The position numbers and the translations under genes are program-made. A stretch of 64,000 nt of DNA from the NCBI GenBank assembly GCA_042218325.1, contig JBDGRE010000005.1:25428-89427 (forward strand). Reading direction: 5' to 3'. A model generated the notes under the pieces. It did no database searches and was not told where the DNA came from. It saw nothing but the letters and a program-made list of their open reading frames with translations. Every line of letters begins with the position of its first letter. The first letter of the stretch is position 1. This document shows positions 1 to 9,536 of the stretch, piece after piece. This DNA is from Candidatus Nanohaloarchaea archaeon (GTDB lineage: Archaea; Nanohalarchaeota; Nanosalinia; Nanosalinales; Nanosalinaceae).

Positions 1-736
1 CAAGCTCGACGTCTCCACGCTGGAGTACTTCGTGCTCGATGAGGCTGACCGGATGCTCGACATGGGATTCCAAAACGAGCTCGAGGCCATAATCGACTTC
101 CTGCCGGACGACAGGCAGAACCTTCTGTTCGGGGCGACCATCCCTCCGGACCTGAAGAAGATGTGCGACCGCTACGATATCGACCCGGAGGTCATCCGGA
201 TAAAGAAGAAAACACATACAAGGAACCTCTCCGAGAAATACATCGACTGCAAGTCGAACAGGAAGCTCAGCACGCTTTACACGCTTCTGAAGAAGAGGGA
301 AAGAGACCTGTCGCTGGTCTTCTGCCGCACCAAGAACACGACCCGTTGGCTGGCGGACAAGCTCCGGAAGAACGGTATCGACGCGCAGGAGCTGAACGGC
401 GACATGTCCCAGCACCAGCGCGAGGACGTCGTGGAGGACTTCGAGGACGGCAAGATAAACGTTATCGTGGCGACGGACGTGGCGGCGAGAGGGCTCGACA
501 TCGACGATATCTCTCACGTCTTCAACTACGATGTCCCGGACACTTTCGACACATACACTCACAGGGTCGGCCGCGCAGGGAGACAGGGCCGCGAGGGCGA
601 GGCGATAACGCTGCTGGAGAAGGACCAGCACCGCAAGTTCCGGAAGATCAAGCGCGGGAAGAAAGGCGTGAAGAACTCCACCAAGATAGAGAAGATGGAC
701 CGCGACGAGCTCGACCTGAAGCGAGTCAAGACCTGA
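1..736 (+). CDS. DEAD/DEAH-box RNA helicase (5' truncated by window)
   Basis: Motifs LDEADRMLDMGF, VATDVAARGLD and HRVGRAGR; the reading frame is open at the window start. Confidence 0.95.
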   Translation, partial: KLDVSTLEYFVLDEADRMLDMGFQNELEAIIDFLPDDRQNLLFGATIPPDLKKMCDRYDIDPEVIRIKKKTHTRNLSEKYIDCKSNRKLSTLYTLLKKRERDLSLVFCRTKNTTRWLADKLRKNGIDAQELNGDMSQHQREDVVEDFEDGKINVIVATDVAARGLDIDDISHVFNYDVPDTFDTYTHRVGRAGRQGREGEAITLLEKDQHRKFRKIKRGKKGVKNSTKIEKMDRDELDLKRVKT

Positions 737-769
737 AGTTTTAAGACGCGGCCCTGGTAAGGGTATTCC

Positions 770-1033
770 ATGGCAGAAGAAGCCAGGCTGGAACCTGTCA
801 GCATGGGCGCCGCTTTCGGCGTCATCTACGCCCTATTCATGCTCGCTCTCGGTCTTTCAGCCTATACTGTCGGCTGGGGTACTGAAATTGTGGGCATGAT
901 GTCGTCGCTCTATGTAGGCTTCGCAGCGACTGTAACCGGAAGCCTTGTCGGGGCGGTATGGGGCGCAGTCGACGGTTTTATCCTCGGCTACCTGCTGGCC
1001 TGGACCTACAACACAGTGCTTAAACGCCGCTGA
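770..1033 (+). CDS. small two-TM membrane protein
   Basis: 87 aa, hydrophobic; TTTTAA box about 25 bp upstream. Confidence 0.7.
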   Translation: MAEEARLEPVSMGAAFGVIYALFMLALGLSAYTVGWGTEIVGMMSSLYVGFAATVTGSLVGAVWGAVDGFILGYLLAWTYNTVLKRR

Positions 1034-1082
1034 ACGCTCCAGCAGCAAGGATTTCATAAGCATGTGAACTAAAGGTTCTTCT

Positions 1083-1532
1083 ATGCCGCGAAGATTCATA
1101 GTAGAGGGTGCAAGCCTGCTGGAAAGTGAGGGCAAGTTCTTGCTTGTGAACAGGGACGGTCTCTGGGGTTTCCCGTCGGCTGTCATGGAGAAAGACGAGG
1201 ACATGCCGGTCGAATGCGCACGTTGGGAGACCATGCAGGAGACCTCGGCCCGGGTGGAGCCCGAGCAGCTGGTGGGTGTCTACCTGACACCTGTCGAGAA
1301 CCGCGCCCACGACATGATGAGTTTTGTCTACAGGTGCAGCATCGCCTCCGGAGAACCCGGTGAACGGAAGGGCGTCGAGACCGGCTGGTTCACGCCGGAC
1401 GAGATAAAGGAGCTCGAGCTCGAGGCGCCTTACGTAGTCAAGGCCGTGCAGGACACCAGGAACGGCGACACGGGTCCGCCTGACCTCGTGCAGGCCTGGA
1501 GAAAGACCGAAGAGATACGCTACGGCGAATAG
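1083..1532 (+). CDS. NUDIX hydrolase family protein (degenerate Nudix box)
   Basis: FLLV..WGFPS..EDMPVECARWETMQET resembles the Nudix box. Confidence 0.7.
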   Translation: MPRRFIVEGASLLESEGKFLLVNRDGLWGFPSAVMEKDEDMPVECARWETMQETSARVEPEQLVGVYLTPVENRAHDMMSFVYRCSIASGEPGERKGVETGWFTPDEIKELELEAPYVVKAVQDTRNGDTGPPDLVQAWRKTEEIRYGE

Positions 1533-1559
1533 ATGTTTGCCCGTTGAGTAATTAAATGT

Positions 1560-1871
1560 GTGCTTCGATACAGTTGTCCTGTGTCACTCGTCGATCCCAA
1601 GTACGGTGAAGAAGAGCTGATGGACAGGGTAGATGCTGTCTCCGGCTACGCCGGCCTCCTTGAGGAACAGGTAACGGTGTACGCGGCCGCCCTCGACGGA
1701 TACCAAGAAGGGTCTATGGAGGAATCAGGGCTCGAGTCCGCGGTACAGGATGTCGTGGTGAGCTTGGGCAATGTTTTCGACGTGGTCGAGGAACTTGATG
1801 AGCTGGCCGCAGACGAAAACTGGGTGGCGGCGGTCAAACGGGACGGCGAGGCAGGTTTCCTGGATCTCTAG
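1560..1871 (+). CDS. hypothetical acidic protein
   Basis: Acidic composition typical of this genome; start uncertain. Confidence 0.5.
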   Translation: MLRYSCPVSLVDPKYGEEELMDRVDAVSGYAGLLEEQVTVYAAALDGYQEGSMEESGLESAVQDVVVSLGNVFDVVEELDELAADENWVAAVKRDGEAGFLDL

Positions 1872-1892
1872 AGGTGGTGCTCGCAGCTGGCC

Positions 1893-2204
1893 ATGTTCAA
1901 TGGTGTCTCGGATTTTGGCGATCTTGTGCATCTCTGCTACCAGGTCCAGCACAACGATATAGAGGCAGTGACAGAGTTACGGGAGGAAGGAACTCCTGAC
2001 GCGCCGACCGCCCTCGTCGCGAACTCGGACTATATAGTCGATACATGGGAAAGGCTTGACAGCCAGTATGACCAGGTCATAGAGGAGGAGGACCGGGCAA
2101 GGGAATTGTTGGACGAAAAAGGCATCCAAGGCCCGGAGCCGCCGATACTCAGGCTACTGGGTAAAAAGAGGGAGAATGCCCGCAAGCTCAACTCGGAGGT
2201 CTGA
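1893..2204 (+). CDS. hypothetical protein
   Basis: GAGGTG SD-like motif upstream; acidic ORF. Confidence 0.55.
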   Translation: MFNGVSDFGDLVHLCYQVQHNDIEAVTELREEGTPDAPTALVANSDYIVDTWERLDSQYDQVIEEEDRARELLDEKGIQGPEPPILRLLGKKRENARKLNSEV

Positions 2205-2207
2205 AGT

Positions 2208-2687
2208 TCAACCTGTCCTGTTCTCCCAGCTCATCTCTCGCTGCCGTGCCAGCATCTCGCAGTAACTGTCCCCGGGGTTCTCCATGCAGTAAGGCTGAAG
2301 TCTTTCACGCGGCAGCTCCTTGATGTACCACGGATACCGCTGCTTGTCGCACGGGTTCACCCGGAAAGGCTCGTAACCGCCAGCGTGAACCTCCCCGGTC
2401 AGGAGATTCCTGGCGGGAGGATGTATGACCTGCTCTGTCGTGCACTGTGCCGGCAGGAAACCTGTGAAGAACAGCACTGGCAACAGGAGCAGGGCTGTTA
2501 ACCCGACGCTGTAGAAATTCCGCCGGTCGAACACGTGGCCCGCGGATGCGGATAACAGTACCAGCAGCGTCGTGTTCACCACCACGCCCCGCAGAGAGGG
2601 CAGGTTCACGAACATCAAAAGGCCCGCTACCAGCCCGAGTAAGGCGCCGGCCTGGTAAAACTTGATAGCCATCCGGTCGGGGTCCAT
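2208..2687 (-). CDS. membrane protein, 3 TM plus Cys-containing C-terminal domain
   Basis: Hydrophobic N-terminal half. Confidence 0.6.
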   Translation of the reverse strand: MDPDRMAIKFYQAGALLGLVAGLLMFVNLPSLRGVVVNTTLLVLLSASAGHVFDRRNFYSVGLTALLLLPVLFFTGFLPAQCTTEQVIHPPARNLLTGEVHAGGYEPFRVNPCDKQRYPWYIKELPRERLQPYCMENPGDSYCEMLARQREMSWENRTG

Positions 2688-2771
2688 GAACTTCTAGACT
2701 TCCTGCGGCGTAAAACCGTTTTCCCCTGCCGGCGTGAGCGTTAAATCTTTTCTTCTTTGACTGGTTTGCTG

Positions 2772-3281
2772 ATGGAGCTGGCGCCTGCACCGGAAGAACC
2801 GTACATCGAGAAGTACTCGAAGCCGGGAGAGGTCTACGTCAAGTGGAACTTCGAGAGGAACCCGACGAAGGCCGCGGGCAGGCACGCGTTCATGCGGCAC
2901 GAGCTGGAGGCCCTGCGGGAACAGCACAGCCTTTTACCCAGTTACTTCCCCGAACCGTACTACGCCGTCCGGGACCAGAAGGAAAGAGTCGTCGCCATCG
3001 GCATGGAAGCCCTGGATCTCTGGAAACCGGTCCGCGAGGCTGCCTCTGTCACCGGACCCCGGCATACGGAGCAGCTCTACTTCGATATCGAGGATGCTGT
3101 CCAGACGCTCCACGGGCACGGCAACCCTCATGGCGACCTCCTGAACAACACCTGGGTGGATAGAGAGGGCGAACTCGCGATCGTGGACCCTCTCGGATAC
3201 CGCGAGGACGAGGTCTGGGAGGAGGAGCTGATGGAACGGGACATGGAAGACCTTGAAGTCCTGGAAGACTATCTTCTTTGA
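2772..3281 (+). CDS. protein-kinase-like (RIO/APH-type) small phosphotransferase
   Basis: VYVK, HGDLLNN and IVDP motifs. Confidence 0.6.
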   Translation: MELAPAPEEPYIEKYSKPGEVYVKWNFERNPTKAAGRHAFMRHELEALREQHSLLPSYFPEPYYAVRDQKERVVAIGMEALDLWKPVREAASVTGPRHTEQLYFDIEDAVQTLHGHGNPHGDLLNNTWVDREGELAIVDPLGYREDEVWEEELMERDMEDLEVLEDYLL

Positions 3282-3317
3282 GGATCCTGGACCGCTGGCA
3301 AATACAGGCCTGTGATT

Positions 3318-4238
3318 TTAAACGAAATTTCTAAATAAATCGAGGAATCTTTCCAGCAGACCAGGAAGCCTCGAGTAGCCTCGGGTTTCGACTACTCTCA
3401 GTTCTCGGCCGTTCTGCTGAATCCGGAGTTTGAAAGGGCTATCAGATGCAAGGGATATCCTGTACCTCTTCGTAGCGTTCAGCCGGATGCATCCGGAGTT
3501 CTCCTCGGGAAGCACTGGTTTTATCCTGACTATCATGCCTTTATCTATCTCCGTATAATCTCTCTTCAGCCGGTGACAGGGTGAGGGCATCTTGATATAA
3601 CCCTCGAAGTCCACTGACTTGCCGCCGCGAGAGACGTTTCTTACTCTCTGCCCCCGGCCGACCGTGAACGTTTCAAGAACCCTGAAATCCTCCCTGTAGC
3701 TGTCACCGGTGCGGGAGTCAAAGCTGGAGTGCGTACTTTTTGCGGTGATAATTGCTGTCTTTCGTAGGGAATCCTGGTCGGTCTTCACGATTTTTACAGG
3801 AATCGAGGCCTGGAACTCCTGGCTCTCCATCGCAACTTCACCGTTCACTCTCGCGGGTACAGTGGCTACCAGTTCCTGGAACCTCGAGCCATCAGCTGTG
3901 GCAGGCGTGTATCTTACCTTTATTCCTTCTTGGGAGAGCCCGTATGATAATTCGCCGGCGATATCTTCTTGGAAACTACTTTCCAGTAATGCCTTGATCC
4001 TGTCTATACCAGACTCCCTGACGCGCCAAGATGTGAAATCCTCTACCGTAACGTTCCTGTAGCCAACTATCTGTTCTCCTTCTGTGGCAGAAGGGAACTG
4101 TACGTACCCCGGGAAAAGCCTGTAGGAATCGTCCGTGACATCTACTCTTACGCTGATAGGATTACCTTCCCCGGGTACGGAGGATGCTGCTGGCAATATC
4201 AGCCCAAGTACAACCAACAAAAGGATAAGTCGCAGCAT
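3318..4238 (-). CDS. secreted/surface protein
   Basis: Signal peptide MLRLILLLVVLGLILPAASS at ATG 4238; the longer ORF-track start is a shadow of the opposite-strand gene. Confidence 0.65.
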   Translation of the reverse strand: MLRLILLLVVLGLILPAASSVPGEGNPISVRVDVTDDSYRLFPGYVQFPSATEGEQIVGYRNVTVEDFTSWRVRESGIDRIKALLESSFQEDIAGELSYGLSQEGIKVRYTPATADGSRFQELVATVPARVNGEVAMESQEFQASIPVKIVKTDQDSLRKTAIITAKSTHSSFDSRTGDSYREDFRVLETFTVGRGQRVRNVSRGGKSVDFEGYIKMPSPCHRLKRDYTEIDKGMIVRIKPVLPEENSGCIRLNATKRYRISLASDSPFKLRIQQNGRELRVVETRGYSRLPGLLERFLDLFRNFV

Positions 4239-4325
4239 ACATACAAGATTTCTCTGCTCTATTTTTAAACCACCCTCAAGCGATTCAGCGCAGCGTTCAA
4301 TAAGCTTGGGTTCGAAAAATAGTTC

Positions 4326-4823
4326 ATGAGACTTGTAATACCTCCGGAAGACCCGGACCTCGACGGCGTCGCGACAGCGTTCGCCTACGCCGAGTACCTC
4401 AAGAAAAACGACCACAAGGCAGTAGCAGCAGTATTCGGCTCCCCAGACGAGGAGACGGAGGAGCTCTTCGACGAGATAGGAGAGGAAGTATCCGACGCAT
4501 CCTACTACCTGTACTCGGCGGACGAGATAACTCTTGTCAGTGCCAGTAGCATGGAGAATGTTTCGCAGAGGATACATCAGGAGAAGGTGACCGAGCTGAT
4601 AGACCACGCCGCGGACGCTCTCTCCGACTTCACAGAGGCGGAGCAGGAGATTGACGAGAACTTCTCCACCGCAGCAGGCATCGTCGCCGAGAAATACCGG
4701 GACACGGACACCGAGATAAGCAGGGAGGCGGCCACCGTGCTCCACCACGCGATAACCTCGGCCGGGGAAGTAACGCAGCGCGACCAGGAGATAGCGGACT
4801 GGCTCCAGGATCAGTTGGAGTAA
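4326..4823 (+). CDS. DHH-family phosphoesterase, PPase N-terminal-like domain (degenerate)
   Basis: PDLDG..AFAYA, LIDH, STAAGIV. Confidence 0.7.
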   Translation: MRLVIPPEDPDLDGVATAFAYAEYLKKNDHKAVAAVFGSPDEETEELFDEIGEEVSDASYYLYSADEITLVSASSMENVSQRIHQEKVTELIDHAADALSDFTEAEQEIDENFSTAAGIVAEKYRDTDTEISREAATVLHHAITSAGEVTQRDQEIADWLQDQLE

Positions 4824-4856
4824 GATTTTTTAAGTCCGCAAAGACCAACCGAGGAT

Positions 4857-4991
4857 TTGGAGTTCGAACTGGGCAACCTTGGTTTCCTCGGAATACTTGG
4901 CGTTCTCGGCGCCTTGACGGCCCAGCCGGAGCTTTACAGTCTATTTGCGCTTTTCGCACTTTTCGGCATCGATAAAACGGTAGAGCTTTGA
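4857..4991 (+). CDS. small hydrophobic protein (44 aa), below the ORF-track cutoff
   Basis: TTG start, LEFELGNLGFLGILGVLGALTAQPELYSLFALFALFGIDKTVEL; TTTTTAA about 25 bp upstream. Confidence 0.45.
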   Translation: MEFELGNLGFLGILGVLGALTAQPELYSLFALFALFGIDKTVEL

Positions 4992-5051
4992 GACGGCGTC
5001 CACCTTATAACGCTTCGCACCGGTAAGTCTTCCATAGGAGGTGTATAGATT

Positions 5052-5246
5052 TTGAAAGGAACAGTGAAGTTCTTCCACGACCGCAAGAACTACGGTTTCA
5101 TCGAGACCGACGAGATGGACGACGATGTATTCTTCCACCAGGAAGAAGTGGCCGACGACCTGCACGTTGAAGAAGGAACCGAAGTCGAGTTCGAACAGGA
5201 AGAAGGCGACCGCGGCCCAAAAGCCGTCAACGTAACAGAGGCTTAA
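5052..5246 (+). CDS. cold-shock domain protein
   Basis: GTVKFF..KNYGFI..DVFFH..GPKAVNV; GGAGGTG SD. Confidence 0.95.
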   Translation: MKGTVKFFHDRKNYGFIETDEMDDDVFFHQEEVADDLHVEEGTEVEFEQEEGDRGPKAVNVTEA

Positions 5247-5314
5247 ATCCGCCCCTGTCACACCACATTTCAACCCACTATTTTCCAGCTACATAACCAG
5301 TTTTTCGATACCTA

Positions 5315-6004
5315 TCAACGATGCGGATCGTAACGCTCCGCAGCACCCTGCACAACTGCACCGTACTCTTTCTCGCCGAAGTACATGGCCAGAGGTACGC
5401 CGGACTGTGAGCTGTGACCGTAGTCGAGCAGCCGGGACAGGTCCTGTATGATCGCTGCACGTGAACTGACCGGTGAGTCCGTTCTCAACATCACGGGTAG
5501 AAAATCGTCCACGGGCTGCGAGGTCTCGCGGTCCATCGACAGACCGAAGTGATCGTAGCAGGATATCTTGAACCCGAAAGGAGTAGGATCGCCGTCCTTG
5601 CTGTTATGGCTGAAATCGGTCCACTCCAGGTCGAAGACCGGGTCGCGGTGATTCTGGTAGAACTGGAACGTGTGGATATCTTCGTCCATGCCTTCTCTTA
5701 TCGACCAGGGTTCGAAGCTCTCGGAGTCCCCGACCCATATCTCGTCCTCTACCTGTGGAGGGTACTGCCTGTCTATGACATCGAAAACCGGCCTGTAATC
5801 GACGTTCGTCCGGTGCCAGACCTCTGCCCCTCCCCTGCCGAGGAACACCTCGACACCAACAGGGTCGTTCAGTCCGTCGGAAGGCGCCTCGAGCCGGACG
5901 TACTCGTATGGCTCGCTTTCCGGGTCGCCGGGAACTCTCTCGTACTCTGCCACTGTTTCAAAGAACTCGTCTACGTCCTCCGACAGGTGCCAGTCACCCT
6001 CCAT
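5315..6004 (-). CDS. hypothetical acidic protein
   Basis: Start MEGDW about 30 bp downstream of TATATTTAA on the minus strand. Confidence 0.6.
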   Translation of the reverse strand: MEGDWHLSEDVDEFFETVAEYERVPGDPESEPYEYVRLEAPSDGLNDPVGVEVFLGRGGAEVWHRTNVDYRPVFDVIDRQYPPQVEDEIWVGDSESFEPWSIREGMDEDIHTFQFYQNHRDPVFDLEWTDFSHNSKDGDPTPFGFKISCYDHFGLSMDRETSQPVDDFLPVMLRTDSPVSSRAAIIQDLSRLLDYGHSSQSGVPLAMYFGEKEYGAVVQGAAERYDPHR

Positions 6005-6092
6005 CGTTTCAATACGGGCCGGAGAAAAGTTAAATATAACCGTTGAGTGGCACGCCGATATACTGACGTACGAGGATTTCTGGGAGATAGAG

Positions 6093-6353
6093 ATGCAGTA
6101 CATATTCGACGACCCGGACCAGGAGCTGTACGACTCGGTGGTCGGCAGGGAATCCGTCTACCGCTGCGATTACACGGGCGACGAGATATGTCCGCTGGTC
6201 GACGCACTCGCCGGTGAAACACGTGTCATAGCCCACATACCCGTCAGCCAGGAGCTTGACGACGATATAGCGGAGTTCCCGGCCCAGTACCTTGACGAGC
6301 TGCGGGACAGCTTCTACCAGCAGGTCGTCTCCCCGGCAACAGGTTCCACCTGA
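6093..6353 (+). CDS. hypothetical protein
   Basis: Acidic ORF, divergent from the previous gene. Confidence 0.45.
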   Translation: MQYIFDDPDQELYDSVVGRESVYRCDYTGDEICPLVDALAGETRVIAHIPVSQELDDDIAEFPAQYLDELRDSFYQQVVSPATGST

Positions 6354-6405
6354 AAGCCTGCCGGAGGGAAAAGAGGTTTAACTTCGTTCTATCACAGGAA
6401 AAAAT

Positions 6406-6711
6406 ATGCATATCAACGCCGTTATCAGCGCGACCTCACGGGAAGAAGCAGACGAGATAGCGGACATGCTGCTCGAAGATAACCTGGTAGCAGGCACCAT
6501 GATATTCTCCGGCGACTCCCGGTACCACTAGGACGACGAGATACAGGAGAACAGGTACTGGCGCGTACAGGGCCACACGCTCGAGAAGCACAAAAAGGAG
6601 ATAACTGAACGCGTCGAGCAGATGCACGAGGACGAAGTCCCGGTCATCGAGTACACGGAGATCGACGGCAACCGGAAATTCCTCGACTGGATAGAGAAGA
6701 ACACAGGGTAA
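6406..6711 (+). pseudogene. cutA: divalent-cation tolerance protein CutA with an in-frame TAG
   Basis: EEADEIADMLLEDNLVAG..SRYH*DDEI..HEDEVP..GNRKFLDWI; TAG at 6529-6531 replaces the conserved Trp of S-x-Y-x-W. Confidence 0.8.
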
Positions 6712-6715
6712 GAGT

Positions 6716-7050
6716 ATGGTAGACTGGAAAGAGTTCGAAAGACTGGAATCGCTCGCTATACTGGCACTGGCATTTTTCTCCTACTTCCGATTACTGGACG
6801 GGAATAGCCCGCTTTTTCTCATCCTCGCACTCGCACCCGCACCCCACCTGTCGATGGCGGGCTACCTATTCCTCGACAGTGAAAAGGCCACGGCCTTGTA
6901 CAACGCGTTCCACAACTATACCCTGCCCGCGGCGGTCATGGGCTACTACCTCCTTACCGGTGTCCCGCTGGTTGGGCAGGTAGCGCTTATCTGGACGGCC
7001 CACATAGCGGCGGACCGAACTCTCGGCTACGGTCTCAAGACAGACTATTT
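6716..7050 (+). pseudogene. DUF4260-like membrane protein, C-terminus replaced by an AT-rich insert
   Basis: LSMAGY..YNAFHNY..W.AHIAADRTLGYGLK motif. Confidence 0.7.
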
Positions 7051-7756
7051 CAACCAGATTGAGGATTCTGACTTTAACGGTGCATTAGTTGAAGCTTCTG
7101 ACGAAATAAATCAGGTTGGTCTGTGTACAAATACGACTTTTGAGAATATTGAATCAGCTTCAGAACTGGATTATGATTTAGTTATTTCACATCATGGAGG
7201 TTGGAAGAGATTCGATATGGATTTGTTTGAGGATAAAAAACGGGAAATAAGAGACAATAACCTAACTTGGTATATTGCCCATCAGACGCTTGACTGTGCA
7301 GATGAATATGGCGTATGTGTGGCTCTTGCCGACAAACTTGGAATAGAGGTCGATCGCAAATATTGTGAACTCCAAGGCGGCCCGCATGGAAGGTATGGAC
7401 ATTTGGAAGTGTCAAAAGAAGATTTCCTGGAGAGACTAAATGAAATAGAACCAAGTTAGGATGTAGTAGGAGAAATAGGAGATATAGAGAACCAGAAAAT
7501 AGGCATAGTAGGTGGAAGTGGAGGAACATTAGGAGATATAGTTAAAGAAACTACAGAAATTGGCTGCGATGTATTTATAACAGGCAATTCTTCCTTTGCC
7601 TACGATATCTATGGATATGAGAAAGGGCTTACCATGATAATGCTCGAGGAAACATCAAGTGAAAAATGGGGCGTTTATGCGTTAGGAGAAAGATTGAAAG
7701 AAGAATTTCCAGGAATTGAGGTCAAGAGAATTCAGGAAAGAAACTGGTATATATGA
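7051..7756 (+). pseudogene. Nif3/YbgI-family dinuclear metal protein, N-truncated, with an in-frame TAG
   Basis: NG..V, LVISHHG, AHQTLD, IGIVGGSG, DVFITG; TAG at 7457-7459, frame continues to TGA 7756. Confidence 0.75.
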
Positions 7757-8499
7757 ATTTTTTTCTGATACTTATTAGTGTTTTTGGAGATTTAATGGCT
7801 GGCTTTGGGGCTCCAGGAGGTGTTTTGCTCGTAAGTTTCTTATTTTCAGTTACTTCTCTTTCAACAGCGGAGATTGCCGGTACTTCTTCTATCTTATTTG
7901 TATTCGCCTCGTTGTTTGTTAGCTCTATGTATTACTATTCCGGTGATGTTGAGTGGAGACTTATTATACCTCTAATTCCGGCAACTTTGGCGGGAACTTC
8001 GATTGGAGCCCAAATTAATTCTTTAATACCGAGAGAGATTTTTGGCTTCAGTTTAGCTATATTGGTAGTTATTTTGGGTTTAAGTATAGCTTACAGAGAA
8101 GTTAAAAGTCTTGAACCTTATTATCATTTGGAATATCGGAATAAACAGGGCATAGTGATACTTTCATTTTTAGGGCTTTTAGTAGGTGTTATAGGAGGTA
8201 TTTTTGGTATAGGAGGCCCTGCGATAACTATACCGACTCTAATATTTTTAGGTATTCCGAATCTGAAGGCTATAGGAGCTGGAATGGTGCAGGGATTTTT
8301 CGTAACTTCATCAACGGCGACAAATTATGCTTTATCGGGCGATATTTCAATAGATATTTTAGTAATGATTGGACCTCCTTTCATAATTTCTCAGTTGGGA
8401 GGATGGTATTTTGCACAGAATATCGAACCAGAAAAATTGAAAGCCATATTAGGTATTATGCTGGCATTTTTAGGCCCATACATTATAACCGCTATCTAA
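7753..8499 (+). CDS. TauE/SafE sulfite exporter family protein
   Basis: Two G-x-GG repeats (GFGAPGG; GIFGIGGP), about 8 TM. Confidence 0.85.
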   Translation: MNFFLILISVFGDLMAGFGAPGGVLLVSFLFSVTSLSTAEIAGTSSILFVFASLFVSSMYYYSGDVEWRLIIPLIPATLAGTSIGAQINSLIPREIFGFSLAILVVILGLSIAYREVKSLEPYYHLEYRNKQGIVILSFLGLLVGVIGGIFGIGGPAITIPTLIFLGIPNLKAIGAGMVQGFFVTSSTATNYALSGDISIDILVMIGPPFIISQLGGWYFAQNIEPEKLKAILGIMLAFLGPYIITAI

Positions 8500-8665
8500 T
8501 CATAAGCCAACTCAATCAAAAACTTTCGTCCGGGTCCTGCCAATTCCATATCTCCAAATTTGATAGAGATGCCGAAACTGCCGAAGTTTTTATCGAATGT
8601 TTATTTGAGATTTAGATTCGTTAGTCCGGATTTGAATCAGCCAGAAGTGCAAGGACGAGAAAAGT

Positions 8666-9448
8666 TTAGTTTACAGAAATCTTTCTGCCTTTTATCTCTA
8701 GAAAGTTCTGAAGTTTTTTTAATTGTTTGTCCGTGATATAGAGTATCTGAGGCGGGTTAAAATCTAGCACATAGAACTTCTTATTACTTCTCTCCAGTTG
8801 ATTAAATTTAGAAGCAAGATCGTGTGCAAACTCTTTCCATTTATCGGATTCAATCTCTACTTCATCCTTTCCAATAGTTATTCTTACTTTTATGCCTTTA
8901 TTCGCTTCGAAAACTTCAATTTCTGATTGATTGAGGTCAAATGATTGAGACATTTTCACAAGACTAAGTATTTCGTCCTCTACTTTGGCTTCGCGAGGAA
9001 GATTATGTGAGAAAGTAGAGTTATATCCCAGCTCAAAATGGGTTAAGCTTTTTCCCTGCTTCAGGCAGTCAAAGAGAATCTGTCCTGCCCTCTGAGAACT
9101 TATCTCAACAAATCCCTTTTTACTTCTTTCAAAGGTATCAATTACAATCTTATAAGGGTTCTTAGCTTCTTTCCGATAAAAGAAGCGTAAGAATTTTGCT
9201 ATCCCTACTTTAAGCTCAATTTCGGATATTTTTTCCAAATTATTGTCTTCTCCAAGGTAATAATTATTCAAAGCCTTTCCGAGCATTCTTCCAAAATTAC
9301 CTCTTGCAGGATATATTCGAGTTAAAACTGCTAAGTATACTCTCTTCCTAAACTGAAAAAAATCTTTTAAGAATTTCATTACATGGTTGAGTTCTAAATT
9401 AGAAGATAAAAATTTTCCTTTCATTAGCTCAAATCCCGAGATTTCCAA
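8666..9448 (-). CDS. hypothetical AT-rich, Lys-rich protein
   Basis: 260 aa open frame with non-halophilic composition; start uncertain. Confidence 0.55.
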   Translation of the reverse strand: MEISGFELMKGKFLSSNLELNHVMKFLKDFFQFRKRVYLAVLTRIYPARGNFGRMLGKALNNYYLGEDNNLEKISEIELKVGIAKFLRFFYRKEAKNPYKIVIDTFERSKKGFVEISSQRAGQILFDCLKQGKSLTHFELGYNSTFSHNLPREAKVEDEILSLVKMSQSFDLNQSEIEVFEANKGIKVRITIGKDEVEIESDKWKEFAHDLASKFNQLERSNKKFYVLDFNPPQILYITDKQLKKLQNFLEIKGRKISVN

Positions 9449-9536
9449 TTATGTTTGTGTTGGACTCGGTTCAAATCCGGGTCCTTCTTGAATAGAAAGA
9501 AAAGAAGAGAGAAATGGTGTTAGAGGCTCTAAACCT

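Noticed and set aside
6529-7459. Genome-wide amber recoding
   Set aside because: TAG terminates clearly complete genes such as nrdJ, PINA, sod, tfb and mat.
9462-9484. tRNA gene at GGTTCAAATCC
   Set aside because: There is no D arm, anticodon arm or acceptor pairing upstream; it is kept only as a T-arm-like hairpin.
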